Assembly (NCBI GenBank): GCA_951406725.2
Contig: OX597815.1
Coordinates: 46,996,001 to 47,060,000 of the forward strand
Length of the DNA stretch: 64,000 nt
Direction: 5' to 3'
DNA from: Octopus vulgaris
Taxonomy: Eukaryota
The notes below the pieces were generated by a model. It did not search any database. It was not told the DNA's origin and saw only the letters and a program-made list of their open reading frames with translations. Made by a program: the position numbers and the translations under genes. Shown piece by piece: positions 41,113-55,309 of the stretch. Within the stretch, counting starts at the first letter, position 1. The number at the start of each line of letters is the position of its first letter.

Positions 41113-41510
41113 CTTTACTCACTTGACTGCGGAAATGCTGGAATACCGCCCTGAAAGGAATTTAATCGAAGAAATCGACCTCAGCATTTATTCTTTGCAA
41201 GCCTAGTACTTATTCTATCGGTCTCTTTTGTCAAACTGCTAAGTTACAGAAACGTTAGTAAGCCAGCATCTGTTGTCAAGTGATGGTGGTGGTGGTGGTG
41301 ATGGACAAACAGAGTCACGCACGCGTACACGCACACAGAGACATACACACACACGCGCACACACATATATATATATATACTTTAGTTTCCGTCTACCAAA
41401 TCCACTTACGGTCGGCCAGATGTTATAGTAAAAGACACTTGCCCAAGGTGCCACTGAGTGGAACTGAACCCGAGACCATGTTGTTGGGAAGCAAGCTTCT
41501 TAATACTCAG
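41113..41510 (-). mobile_element. SINE family A, inverted tail-to-tail with 40588-41000
   Basis: Reverse family A motifs throughout. Confidence 0.88.
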
Positions 41511-42196
41511 TATATATATACATCTATTCCTTTATGCAATTATCTTACTGGATACTTGATTTCAATGAGTGTTCCAGTAGTTCTGCTTCACTGTATTTTT
41601 TAGTATGAAAGTTGTCGTAAAGCTTCGTGAGTTCGATATTATGAAGTTTTTGGTCTTTAGAGTTAGATATTCCTCACTGCAGTTCCAAGAAAATTATTCT
41701 ATAAGTATATTGCTTTCTTTCCCATGAGTTAATCATATTATCTGATACGTTTTGAGCGCGTGCAGTCATGTAGGCGTGTGAAAACGCGTTAGGCGGGATG
41801 TTGTTAGTCATTGTAAAAAGTCTGCCATACTTAAGTAACAGCATAGCTTTGAGACCCAATTATATCTCGTATGGGCTGTTGTATATTGTTGCAGTATAAC
41901 GCATTTCTTGTAATCTAAGCTGTTGGTGGTAAGCTTTTGGAAATGTCAGCTTCATCAAATGCAATGATGCAAAGATATTTCTTTCAGAAAAAAATAAGTT
42001 GTGTGATTATGATGATAAGTTAAACGGTTATCGTATATCCAAAATTATTCTTCGGACACTTTAGAAGACAGTTTCTTTTTTTTTTTCAGAATCAAAATAC
42101 TGCATTTTTTTAGTTAGTGGTTGAACGTTTCAAAATAATAATAAAAGCTATTTTATTTGCGCGTCGAAAAGTGAATTTATATGATAACTTGATAAG

Positions 42197-42405
42197 AGTC
42201 TTTTCTATTCTAGGCACAAGGCTTGAAATTTTAGGGGAGAGGGCCAGTCGAGTAGATTGACCTCAGTACGCAACAGGTGCTTAATTTATCGACTTCGAAA
42301 GGCAAAGTCGACATCGGCGGAATTTGAACTAAGAACGTAAAGACAGACGAAATACTGCTAAGCATGTCTCCCGGCGTGCTAATGTTTCTGCCAGCTCGCC
42401 GCCTT
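42197..42405 (-). mobile_element. SINE family B
   Basis: TTCTGCCAGCTCGCCGCCTT head in reverse; decayed TSD ATAACTTGATAAGA/ATAGCTTGAGGAGA. Confidence 0.88.
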
Positions 42406-43224
42406 AATAGCTTGAGGAGAATGTAAAAAGAATTATATAGAACAAATCGGAATGAAAATGAGAAAGCGAATTCACTACATCGCGGGCGAATTCGATCTTC
42501 TAGTTATAGACAAATATGTTTCAGTGAACACACATATATATTTGGAATCATCGACCAAATTTTAAAATAGATTTTTTAAATCTATTTGAACATGAAGCGA
42601 TAAATAAGAAGACTGTATTTACTGAAAAATACTGACTACGTTCAAATATTCATATTTGATTAATTTATATCTTTATTCGCATTATGAATTGAAGGAAAGG
42701 AATATTCCACTTATTACCTGTCTCGTTAATAATAACAATCATCTATGTACATAAAATATAAGCTTAAAATTCGCATTTTGGCAGGAACACGAGGGTTTAT
42801 AGAAAGAGTTTATGTAGTTATAGCTTTACGCAGATGTAAGAAAATAAATGGCGAAATAAATAAAAATCATCAAGTAAGTAAAAGACTGAACAAATCTTTC
42901 GATTTCTGGAAACATACATAGTTATTCTATGGCCCAAGGTAACTACAATTTGCACATCTAAGACGAAAGTATTCGTTGTGATGACGTCTTTTCTGTACAT
43001 CGAGTCGAGACTACATCTTCGAATACATACTTGAACTATATATATGTGTGTGTTTGTGTGTATGTGTGCGTGCGTGTGTGTGTGTGTGTGAAAGAATGAA
43101 TATTATGATTTTGCTTAGGTATAACAATACTAATAACTTGTTAGAACTCAATATACGTATTCTTTCGAAAGCATGAGGGCAGCTCAAAGTGTAATTCGAA
43201 TTAATTCAATGGCAAGAAGAAGAA

Positions 43225-43230
43225 GGTCAG

Positions 43231-43284
<54 letters not shown>

Positions 43285-43527
43285 TCAGATATATATCTAT
43301 ATATACGACGTGCTTCTTTCCGAAAAATGAGAAAGTTATGAGGGCTTTAGTATGCCCTAGGCTATAGTGGAAGACACTTGCCCAAGGTGCCACGCAGTGG
43401 GACTGAACGCAAAACCATCTGGTTGGGAAGCAAGCGTCTTACCACAGGAGATTCGAACTAAAAAAGTGAAGATCCGCATCAAATTCGATACTCAAACGAT
43501 TTCGCTAACTCACCATTTTACATACCT
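43225..43527 (-). repeat. Inverted copy of 39311-39607
   Basis: Shares the chimeric junction and private variants with the 39.3-kb copy. Confidence 0.85.
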
Positions 43528-43790
43528 GTCAGCTTCATTAGAATACATAAGCATTCAACGTTGCATACCCTACTTCTTAAAGCAGAAACAGCCGTAAGAT
43601 AATGAAGTTAATTTCGCACTTTCTGTTCCCTCGTCATTTCATTTATTTTTACGTATATGTGTATACATTTTTTTTCGTTTGTTACTCGTCTGTTAGTTTC
43701 TCATATGTGCGTGTAAGACATATATCCAAGTTGTTGCACTTAGAATTCGAACCTGGAAAACTAATGAATATCCTCCATAAAATTTTACAC

Positions 43791-44190
43791 AGCAGGAGTG
43801 GCTGTGTGGTAAGTAGCTTGCCTACCAACCACATGGTCTGGGTTAAGTCCCACTGCGTGGCATCTTGGGCAAGTGTCTTCTGCTATAGCCTCGGGCCGAC
43901 CAATGCCTTGTGAGTGGATTTGGTAGACGGAAACTGAAAGAAGCCTGTCGTATATATGTATATATATGTATGTATGTGTATGTATATGTTTGTTTGTCCC
44001 TCTAGCATTGCTTGACAACCGATGCTGGTGTGTTTACGTCCCCGTCACTTAGCGGTTCGGCAAAAGAGACCGATAGAATAAGTACTGGGCTTACAAAGAA
44101 TAAGTCCCGGGATCGATTTGCTCGACTAAAGGCGGTGCTCCAGCATGGCCGCAGTCAAATGACTGAAACAAGTAAAAGAGTAAAGAGTAG
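43791..44190 (+). mobile_element. SINE family A, full length
   Basis: Close match to 40588-41000. Confidence 0.93.
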
Positions 44191-44523
44191 AGTGAAGTGA
44201 TTCCTTTCTCTCAGCTTATTTGTTCATAATCCTCTCTTTCTTTTTCTCTCTGGTACACGTAATCCCTTTTTCATTCACTATCAATCTTTCACATTCATAC
44301 CCTTACTCACAAATACATGAATTCTTTCTCCAACTCTTTGCCATATAGTTCCACTCTTCCCCTCTACTCTTCTATCATTCTGCCGATAATGGAACTAGTG
44401 GCTGAAATTAATCACTATCCAAATGAGTATTAATTTCACTGTTTAAAAAGACTTGTGTTTATCTATACTGCTTTCTGTGTCTATATCTATATGTAGATGT
44501 CTGCTTGCATGTATGCATATATG

Positions 44524-44583
<60 letters not shown>

Positions 44584-44775
44584 TGTATTTATGTATATGT
44601 ATGTATTCATGTGTGTGTGTCTGTGTGTGCGTGAATGCGTACATATACACATATATGTATGTGTGCATGCAAGTGTGAATGCGTGTAACCTGTTTTGCAA
44701 GCAGTTATATATCTACGTGTGCATATAAGAATGTGTATGTATGTATGTATGTATGTATGTATGTATGTATGTATG

Positions 44776-44846
<71 letters not shown>

Positions 44847-44972
44847 GTACGTAAGTCTGTGTGTCGTGTATGTTATTTTGTGCGTCATAGTTTTTATGGC
44901 CTAAACAATTTGTGGCGCGTGTATTTGAAGGTGTGTGTGTTTTTGTGCTTGTGTGTTTGTGTGTGTGTGTGT

Positions 44973-45011
<39 letters not shown>

Positions 45012-46573
45012 GTCTTGAAGTTTTTAAGATATCTTTAACCACTTATAGAACAAGATGTGATGTCAAGTTAATACCTAATAAGCTAACAGGAAGCTTTCAT
45101 TTCTTCACAACACACACACACATAAACACACACGCACGCACGCACACACACACATACATATATACATATGTCATACATGTATATCATACATAAGTGCATT
45201 TGTGCTTATATGCAGATGATAATATATGTGTAATTTTAAATGGATTATTTAGCTAAATGCTTAAGGCTGTCCTATTAGATATTTCAAAATTATTTTGTTT
45301 GTGGTGCATTTCATCTTATTTACTAATTTACTAAATTCTTAAGATTTCTTAAAGTGCTGAAGAAATCTTCATACTGGAAACGTTTTTGTCGACATTACAT
45401 TCTCAATTTCTATAATTGGATTTCAACCTTCTTTCATTTTTCTTTTTCCACGGAAGCAATCGTAGTTTAACTTCATAACTCATCGATTTTCTTCTCTATT
45501 TTTTGTACCATAATTGACTTATATGAATTAGCGAAGTAAGTAATATGACAAGCTAACACTGTGTAAAAAAAAGAAGTAATTTAAACGAACCTACATACTA
45601 GAAATCTCAACATTTCCAGTGTACTTCAAAATATTCTAAGATTTTATAAGAAATTAATTTTGCTAATATTAAAACTATAAAAATATAAATTGTTGCGAAA
45701 ATTTAAATGCAATTGCTTCGAACGAAAAAAACTTGCAAATCCTGTTATATATACTTACATATAGTCTCACACGCAGGAACATAAAAAGTGACACATACGC
45801 ATTATCAATGCAAAATTAAAATTATTAATTTTAACGCAAGTTCAAAAATAAACACAATATTTATTAACTGGAAGACATTATACTGAAGGCACGGCCAAAT
45901 CTACAAAATTCGATTTGACTGAAATTTTAAGTTTTATCTGATGGCTTCTTCAACTTGGGTACCTGAACTAAGTTTATATTTTCACTAATAGTAAAATTTA
46001 ATAATACCTACCTGTCTGTCTATCTTTCAATATATACGCATAAATATACAAACATGTATATATATATATATATATATATGCGCGCAAACAAGCGTGGTCA
46101 TGAGGGGAAATGTTTGCTTATCAAGTACTTGGTTTCGGGTGCAGTCACATGCGTTACACCTTAGACAACTGTCTTCTGCTTTTGGCACGGGCCGATTAAA
46201 ACCTCAAGTGGGTTTAGTTGATGAAAACTGAAATAAGCCCACCGCGTGTGTATGTGTGTGTGTATGTATACACACACACACAAAATCTTCTCTTACTAAT
46301 CAATGAAGTAACAGTACTTTTAACAATGTGGCTCCAAAAATGGACAATGTCGGGATTGAGGGATTGTGTTTCTATACTGTCGGTGGTCAGAACCAAGATG
46401 AAGGCAAAATTATAACAATTTCATTTTTGCTTCCAGTTCCCTTTATTAATGGTTTGGGATGGTGATCGTAGGACTGGAGAGACACGGTTTAGTCAGCTTT
46501 CTAATTTGTAATATTTTTCTTTCTCTGTTTTCGTTAAACTTCTATAAATCCATTCGATTTTTATAATCAAATT

Positions 46574-46631
<58 letters not shown>

Positions 46632-47013
46632 CGTGTGTGCGTGTGTGTGTGTCCGTGTTCATGTGCGTGTGTAGTTGTGTGTGTGAATGGGTGAGTGTGT
46701 GTGTGTGTGCACGTTTGACTGTGTGCATGGATGTTTGTGTGCATGTGCGTGTGTGCGTGCATGTGTCTGCACATTTGTGTGCAGTGTGTGTGTGTGTATG
46801 TATGCTGCATCAGTAAGTGAGCATAGCGTTGAACTCACAATGTTAACATCATGGGTTCGATTCCTGGACCGTTTGCAGTGTTATGTCCTTGAGTAAGACC
46901 ATTCCACATTGCTCCCGTTTTTTCAGTTGCAAAATGCGTACCAGTCCACTGCTGACACAACCTTCTCTCACCCTAGCTTGTCAAGAGTAAAGGGAACACA
47001 GTAAAGGGAAAGT

Positions 47014-47205
47014 TTACGAAAATAAACAAAAGACGAAGGCAGGTGGAGTACAAACAAACAAATGTATTAGTATAGCGCTTAGGAATAGAAAAAGTCTTTT
47101 ACGTTTCGAGCGTACGCTTTCCGACAGAAAGATACACAGAAAAAAACAAGGAGAGAAACAAGGAGAGAAAAAAATGTGTGTAGTAGCTAACGATCTATCA
47201 TGGCG
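47014..47205 (-). mobile_element. Family J-related short repeat with variant hammerhead core
   Basis: Minus strand CTTT CTGTCGG A AAGCG TA CGCTC GAAAC GTA AAAG, then TTCCTAAGCGCTATACTAATAC similar to ~53690. Confidence 0.6.
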
Positions 47206-47206
47206 T

Positions 47207-47515
47207 CCTGACTTCGTAAGCCTGTCACTTATTCTATCGGTATTTTTTTGGCGAACCGCTAAGTTACGTAAACGCACAAACAGCGCTGATGGGACACACG
47301 CGCGTGCACACACACACACGCACGCACGCACGCACACACACACACACAAATCTATATATACATACACAACGGGCTTCTTTCAGTTTCCGTCTACCAAATC
47401 CATTTACAAGGCTTTGGTCTGTCCGAGGCTATAGTAGAAGACAGATGCCCAAAGTGCCACGCAGTGGGTCTGAACATGGAACCATGCGGTCGGGAAACAA
47501 ACTTCAGCTACACCT
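47207..47515 (-). mobile_element. SINE family A, 3'-truncated
   Basis: GGGCTTCTTTCAGTTTCCGTCTACCAAATCC and neighbouring family A motifs. Confidence 0.85.
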
Positions 47516-48601
47516 GTGGTTGTTTCCCACAGAAGACTGAGTGATCGCGTACAGGACCCATTACTTGATAGATAGATAATAGGTTCGTAGATTTGATGTG
47601 AACTCACGAAGATGAAGTTTAAACACAGAGAGACTATTATGAATATGGAATCAACTGTCATGAATTAAAGCTACATGTAGGAGAAATAACAGTGTCGAAA
47701 ATTTTGTGTATATTTCGGTCATATCACACTTCTTCAACAAAACGGTCTTGTTGTTGCTACAGATCTCAAAACACAGCAGAAGTCTAGAATTCTCTTTGTG
47801 AATGAACACAAAGCAACATTATAATTAATAATGTTAATTGTAGAAAAAACACTAACCGAGTCTGCTACAGCCAATTTTACTAGTTAGCTTTCGTGCAGCT
47901 GGGGTTCCTGACTACGACGACATTTATAGAAATTACACCGTAAATGAAATACAAATTATTGTGCATGCAGGAATCGAACACTCTACGAGCAATTTTCAAG
48001 TTTTATAGCTATTGATATTTGAAGATAACAGACCATGAACTAAAGCATTCTAGCTATGGCTTCCCCGTCTTACTTTTTTATGTGCAGATAACACAGGATT
48101 ACTGTAACAAAAGTGTATCTTTAAGACGGTTAGGTGTATTCTAATGAAGATTTAGCTTCTGTTTCTAGAACCGTGAGCAGTTACAGAGAGTTCCCATCGT
48201 TGATTTGTTATAGTTATTGTTTCAAATGCTGGTGTAGCTTAGCCCCAGGTGAGATAAAAGGAAGCTCCTTACACTCATATACACAGAGACACACTGATAA
48301 ACACACACACACACAAACACACACACATACAAACACACACACAAAAGAACAAGAGAATAATGGCCGGGAGGTGTTTCATCAATGTTGTTGAAAGAAGAAA
48401 TGGTTTGGTTGAGGTACTTGAGATTTTTTTTTATTTTCAAAATACCAAAGGCGAGATATAGTTGTTAAGGAGAGTTGGGTGGATCTTGGTTTGGGTAGGA
48501 GGTGAATGAATATACAAGATGGGTGTGTCAGAAGAGACAGCAAGAGACAGAGCTAAGAGATAGATAGATGGATAGATAGCGAGCGGGCGAGCGAGTGTGA
48601 G

Positions 48602-48640
<39 letters not shown>

Positions 48641-49239
48641 AGAATGTGACGTGAATAGAAGAACAAAATGAAATTTTGAATGGGGACAAAATTGAATATA
48701 AGTGGTTGGGGCGAGAAATTGAATACAATGAAAGAAAGGTGAACGGAGGAACAGGAAGAGGTGGTGGAAGAAGATGGGGAAAAAGATAGAAGGGGAGGAT
48801 GAAACAAGAGTAAGAATGATAGAGAAAATTAAGAGAGAAAGGGGAGGCAGAAAGAACTAGTAAAGGAAGATAGAGACAGTTTTTGGAGTAACAAGATGTC
48901 GAAGAAAACAGGTTAAAACTGTAAGGAAAAGAAAGAAAGAAAACAAAACTGATAAATGCTGAAAGAGAATTAGTGCGCGCGCGAATGTTTCGTTTTTACC
49001 TGTCTATGTGTTCGTATGTGAGTGTCTGTGATAAAATATATAACAAAGGAGAAAGAGATAATAGGAGAAACACTAAGAGTGAAAATAAAATGAAGAATGG
49101 CAAGAAAAAAAAGATATGAAAGAAAATGTGTACATGTTTTGTCTTTAAGATATATATGTTGAGAAAGAGAGAATTTCGTAGGGGAACATATAAAATGTAT
49201 GGTCGAAGGTACGAGAGAACTCTAAAACGGCTTGCAAAT

Positions 49240-50006
<767 letters not shown>

Positions 50007-50199
50007 TTTAAATAGAAAAATGAGCAATGGGCCACAAATCACTGCCCAGAACATCCTGATTGGAAGTGCGGAGAGGAAGAGAGCTAGAATTCGGCAAAGA
50101 TATATGTAGAAGAGCTTCGGAGATTCTATGCAAGGAACTGATAAGACTTGGTAAGCCGATCGCTAGACACAAACAGGGTACCTAATGTCTGATGTCTGA

Positions 50200-50875
50200 T
50201 GATCCAGTGCATATTTAATTACTGCTGGTATGAAACCTCGAACTATATTATGTATGTATGTTAATAAACAGAATTTCGGATAAAAATGGGCATGCAAAAA
50301 ATATTTGATGCACGTTTTCTGGAGACCGTTCGTATATTCTTGTGTCATAATCCCAAACCGTTGATGGCTGAGTTACAATGCAACGTCTCCTATTTTTTAA
50401 AAAAATACATTATACTTTGCCTGGTCATACCTGGTATGTATACTAAGGTTTTGTATCAATATCTTAGCTTGGCATTTTATAAACCTATCTTAAATTCAGT
50501 CTTTATATTTTTATTGCACACTATTATGCATTAATACTCTCTGGATATATGCCATACAGTTGTCTTTTATTTCAATCTCTGTTTATTTTTATTAACCTAT
50601 TTGTTAACAGAAAAAAGATTTTATTTGTTCCTATTTTGCATCAAGTTTTTCTGTTTTCTCTACTGAATATTTTTGTAATCTTACTGAAGATATTTTAAAC
50701 TGATTTTCTAATTACGAAAATCTCTACCTTCCTATGTTTCTTGTCATTTTTTTAATGATGTAGCCTAAAATATACTGGTGCTTTTTTTTATTATATTTAC
50801 CAAGCTAATTCAATTATCTTCTAGCTGAGAAGATTATAACTATAAATTACTTGTGAAGCAGCTATGGCATTCATA
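50200..50875 (+). mobile_element. Possible highly decayed PLE 3' end
   Basis: Frameshifted peptide ...CWYET...LINRISDKNGHAK..L resembles PLE GIY-YIG C-termini as I recall them; decayed hammerhead-like CTGAGAAG...GAAGCAGCTAT at ~50825-50866. Confidence 0.3.
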
Positions 50876-51110
50876 TATTATCTTCATCTTTTACTTGTTG
50901 GTCTGCGGCCATACTGGGGCACCGCTCTGAAGGGTTTAGTCGAACAAATAAACAACAATACTTATTGGGTTTTTCAGTATGGTATTTACTCTACCGGTCT
51001 CTTCCAGTAATTCGTCAAGTTACAGGAACGTAACAAGGTCAAAAGGCAGGGAACCAAACACAAAAGCATCACCCCATATATATCTATATATATACACACA
51101 CACAAATACA

Positions 51111-51180
<70 letters not shown>

Positions 51181-51765
51181 CTGGGGTGAGTTATCTCTAC
51201 TGTCCATGACTTTCAGGTGTTTTAACATCCGGCGCTTTGAGTGGGTCATCTCCACCTCACCAAATCGTATCCTACCGACCAACACACAGGGAGGTTGTTG
51301 TCTCCCCTCTCAGCTCAAATAGATCATGTGCTTTATGTGGCTAAAGAGTTTATGACTCTTATTTCTAGCAATGTTGATACTCCCTGCACCCTCGGTCACT
51401 TTTAGTGATGGTGAATTATTTTCTTTTTGGTTTTAAATTACATCTATCCACTTTACTTATTTAATAAATTTTTGCATTACCATTTTGCGGAATCAGTCAC
51501 TGATTCTTATGGTATTTTCTATAATATTGACTGGTGAAAATTCAGCTTCACCACTCGTAATGAGGTAAGCATTACTGATGTGTATTAATTTCTATACGAA
51601 ATTAGCATACTAATCTAATGCACCTCGCTTGCGGTGGGGAAGTTGTCACCATAGTCAGTTCAAATAGACCACGTGTTTTATGCTCCCTGCACCCTTGGTC
51701 ACTTTTAGTGATGGTAAATTTTTTCCGTTTTGGTGTCAAATTACGTCTAACTACCTTAATTATAT

Positions 51766-52170
51766 TTCGCTGTTTATAGGGACGATGCACTAGCTTTAAC
51801 TACCAATACCAATGAACCATCGCAAGATGCATTAAGGAAGGATTTTATCCAACTTACGAAAACATTCTATCTTAGCATAACAGTAGATACCAACCTGACG
51901 AGTCTCAATTTCCTTTATGTATCTCTAGATTTACCAAAGAATGATTACAAACCCTATAGGAAGCCCAACGATAGACTTAGTTATATTAATGTAGGTTCCT
52001 GCCACCCACCACAGTGTTTAAGAATTTAGTTAAGAATATTAGTAGGAGAATTTCTAGCCTCACCTCCTATATAAGCCTATTTAATAATGCCATCCCACTA
52101 TATACAAATACCCTTAAAGCTGGTGGATTTAAAGAGGAAATAGGTTACACCCCTATTATTAGAAATAAAG
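51766..52170 (+). pseudogene. Penelope-like element reverse transcriptase fragment
   Basis: Hand translation from 51766: FAVYRDDALAL...LRKDFIQLTKTFYLSITVDTNLTSLNFLYVSLDL..NDYKPYRKPNDRLSYINVGSCHPP, then a frameshift, then VFKNLVKNISRRISSL...Y...LKAGGF. YRDD, YRKP and S.HP motifs are typical of PLE RT/thumb. Confidence 0.88.
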
Positions 52171-52176
52171 AGAAGG

Positions 52177-52224
<48 letters not shown>

Positions 52225-52396
52225 TCGCACTCCCGCATACAGACATATATATATGTGTGTGTTTGTATGTGGGAGTGAGAATGTATGTCTGTATATATAT
52301 ATGTATATATATATTTATAAGTATAAATGTATGAATATATATGTATTATGTTACGTGTATGCATGTAAGCACCTATGAGTATATGAGGATAAGGCT

Positions 52397-52427
<31 letters not shown>

Positions 52428-52532
52428 CATGTGTGCATATGCGTGTGGATATGTGTGAATGCATGAGTACATACATATATATTTGTGCGTATGTGTGCAT
52501 GTACATATACTTATTTGTGTGAGTGTGTACGT

Positions 52533-52576
<44 letters not shown>

Positions 52577-53403
52577 ACAGTGCTTCTACACAGTTTCCAT
52601 TTATCAAATTCAATCACAAGACATTGGTCGACCTGGGGCTATAATTGAAATTACTCGCTCAAGGAGCCTCGCAATAGGAGTGATCTCGAAACCCTGTTGC
52701 AATCTATACTCCTTTCTAACATTTTCTTTCAATTCATTCATGTTGTATTCAATCCAATTCGTTCATCCCTAATGATTCTGACGTCTGCTCTTTATTTTTC
52801 TCCTCCTCTTATCTCTGATGTTTGCTCAATATCGTATTTCTGGATTTTATTCATATTCCTCTATTCAATGTAGCCTTTCGCACTGTTTTCCAAACTGAAT
52901 TTCGTGACAATTTCCCTCCTGAATTCCTGCATCTTATGCAATATGCCTTCCAGTTATTTACCATTTCTAGAAATTCTGCTTCAAGTCAATATACAACAGA
53001 TGGTTGATTGTTATTCCATATCATATGCATCAGCATCCAGTCTGGATTAGCATATTGGTTAGAAGTGTTATTACAACCCCCAACCCGTTACCCTGACAAA
53101 AATGTAAGAGAAAGAAAGAGATGGTTCTTTTAGAATATTCCTCATCTGTTAAGGATTGCTTTCGTTTTCACATTTCCATCTATTGTTCGGATCTAGTATC
53201 CGTCTGTGCCCCACCATCTCTCCCCACCTCTCTCTCTCTCTCTCTCTCTTGATTTCTCTTCCTCTCCTCCCTCTCTCTCTTTCTGTGTGTTTCTCTCTCG
53301 CTTTCGAGTCGGTCATATCGCTGGTTAAGAATACTTTCCTTTATATTTTAACTTGATCTCTATGTCACTTCTTTATTTTGTTTTGTTAAGGTTTAGGTGA
53401 CAT

Positions 53404-53568
53404 AGGCGTAGGCGTGGCTGTATGGCTAAGAAGCTTGGTTCTCAACCATGTAGTCTTGAGTTCAGTCCTACTGTGCTGCATCCTGGTTAAGTGTCTACTG
53501 CTATAACTCCGGGTCGACCAAAGCCTTGTGAGTGGATTTGGTAAACGGAAACTGAAAGAAACTCTGTG
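53404..53568 (+). mobile_element. SINE family A 5' half
   Basis: AGGCGTAGGCGTGGCTGTATGG...GGAAACTGAAAGAA, broken at the central tract. Confidence 0.85.
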
Positions 53569-53569
53569 A

Positions 53570-53774
53570 CCTCGTGAGTACCACTGGCGATTTTTTTCCT
53601 CTGTCTTCCCTTCTCGGGATCTTTCCTTCTCCTATGTTTCCGACGAAGAGCTCCGCCCGAAACGTTAAACCCTCCTTCTTCCTTTCTTTCCTGAGCGTCC
53701 AATAATACTTTATTTGTTCCACGTCCTCGCGTTGCTGTGTTTTTTTTGTTTTTTTTGTGTTTTCTTGTTTGGAT

Positions 53775-53780
<6 letters not shown>
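53570..53780 (+). mobile_element. Family J short repeat with hammerhead variant (53636-53670)
   Basis: GTTT CCGACGA A GAGC TCC GCCC GAAAC GTT AAAC. Stem I GTTT/AAAC, ACGT palindrome, U4 replaced by C. Confidence 0.7.
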
Positions 53781-53833
<53 letters not shown>

Positions 53834-53835
53834 CC

Positions 53836-54086
53836 AATTCCAGGCAGTGATCTGAATAATAATAATAATAGCAACAACAACAAAAACAACAACAACAACA
53901 ACAATAATAATAATAACATCGAAAAATATCTAGGGAATGAGAACCCAGATTCGAAATTTCCCCAAAACACCTGATGAATGTTGGAGGGTATATCAGCCGA
54001 AACGTTGTGCTAACAACAAACAAGATGAGGACAAATATCCGTAAAATGTAAATAATGTACATCCTCATCTCTTGAATATAGAACTG
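53836..54086 (+). mobile_element. Family H element, 5'-truncated; hammerhead at 53966-54011 with damaged stem II
   Basis: ATTCCAGGCAGTGATCTG, (AAT/AAC)n, AACAC CTGATGA A TGTTG...CAGCC GAAACGTT GTGCT, tail AATGTAAATAATGTAC...AATATAGAACTG. Confidence 0.88.
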
Positions 54087-54129
54087 TATATATATATATA
54101 AGTTCAAAATTGCATAGAAGGTCTTGAAA

Positions 54130-54175
54130 CCACCTGATGAATGTCCATAGAAGTGACAAGAAACGATCGTAGTGG
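54130..54175 (+). ncRNA. Type I hammerhead ribozyme
   Basis: CCAC CTGATGA A TGTC catagaagt GACA A GAAA C GATC GT A GTGG. Stem I CCAC/GTGG, palindromic stem III ACGATCGT, predicted cleavage after GUA (54171). Confidence 0.8.
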
Positions 54176-54366
54176 ATATCTTAATTATATTTAATTTATA
54201 TAAAATTTATTATGTATTGGATTAAGTCTTTCTTTGTTTGATTTGCATAATAGTGGTTTTGTCTCTTATTAATATTATATCATATTATATTTTACTATAA
54301 AATTGGATTCAATCCTAAATCTGATTTTTCCCTGTAAATTTGGATTTATTCCCTAATATTTATTAT

Positions 54367-54408
<42 letters not shown>

Positions 54409-55243
54409 CATGGAAAAATGCGAGCATAAAAAGTCATATTCTTAAGTTTATAAATCTGGAAAAGTACAGGACAAGTTATTACAGCTCTAAAAGTAAAGGA
54501 CAAGATATTACTTCTAGTAAAGTAAAGAATAAGAAACTTTTTACTTAAAATATTGGTGCTAAAATTAAAATTTGATTATCAAAAGTTATTTCATTATAGT
54601 TTACAAATAGCACTATACTTATTTAAGTAGAATTTGGCTAATTTACTACCTTAAATCCAGAAAAAAAGTGACTAATTAGACAAACTTACAAATTAGCTGA
54701 ACAGTTTTGTACAATAAATTTAAAAGATGAGAACTGTAAAGAGTGATAAATTTTTCTCTCTCTCTTTGATTCCTTTGCCCCCTTTTTTTTCTCTCTCTCT
54801 TCTCCTCTCACGTGACTGCTGGTCAACCAGCCTTTCGGCTTCTAACCAGCGCCATGAGAAGATCGTTGTCTTCGTCTGCCGAAAAAGGCATTTTTTCCAA
54901 ACACGCCAGCTAAACTAAGTTGTACTGTCTATTAGTCGTAAGACACCTGCTGTTTTTGTCCTGTTTTTACTATTATTGTTTTTTTGTATTTTATATTCGT
55001 GTGGCATCGTCCGTTTTTCTGTCCCTGTTTCGTATACATTCGATCCTTTTTCCAAGAAATCTAATGCTCGTAGCTTAGTTTTTCCTTGGAGCTGGCCGGA
55101 TCGGAGCAATCTCAAGATTAATCAGCCGAAATTGCTAGGATGATCCGGTTCTTGACTGAAGATTGAAGGCTTCGAATGTCCCGTCCGTGTTTTTTGTATC
55201 GTCTTCTAAATGTTTTACGTTCTTGTCCCAGTCTGTATTTTTC

Positions 55244-55309
<66 letters not shown>

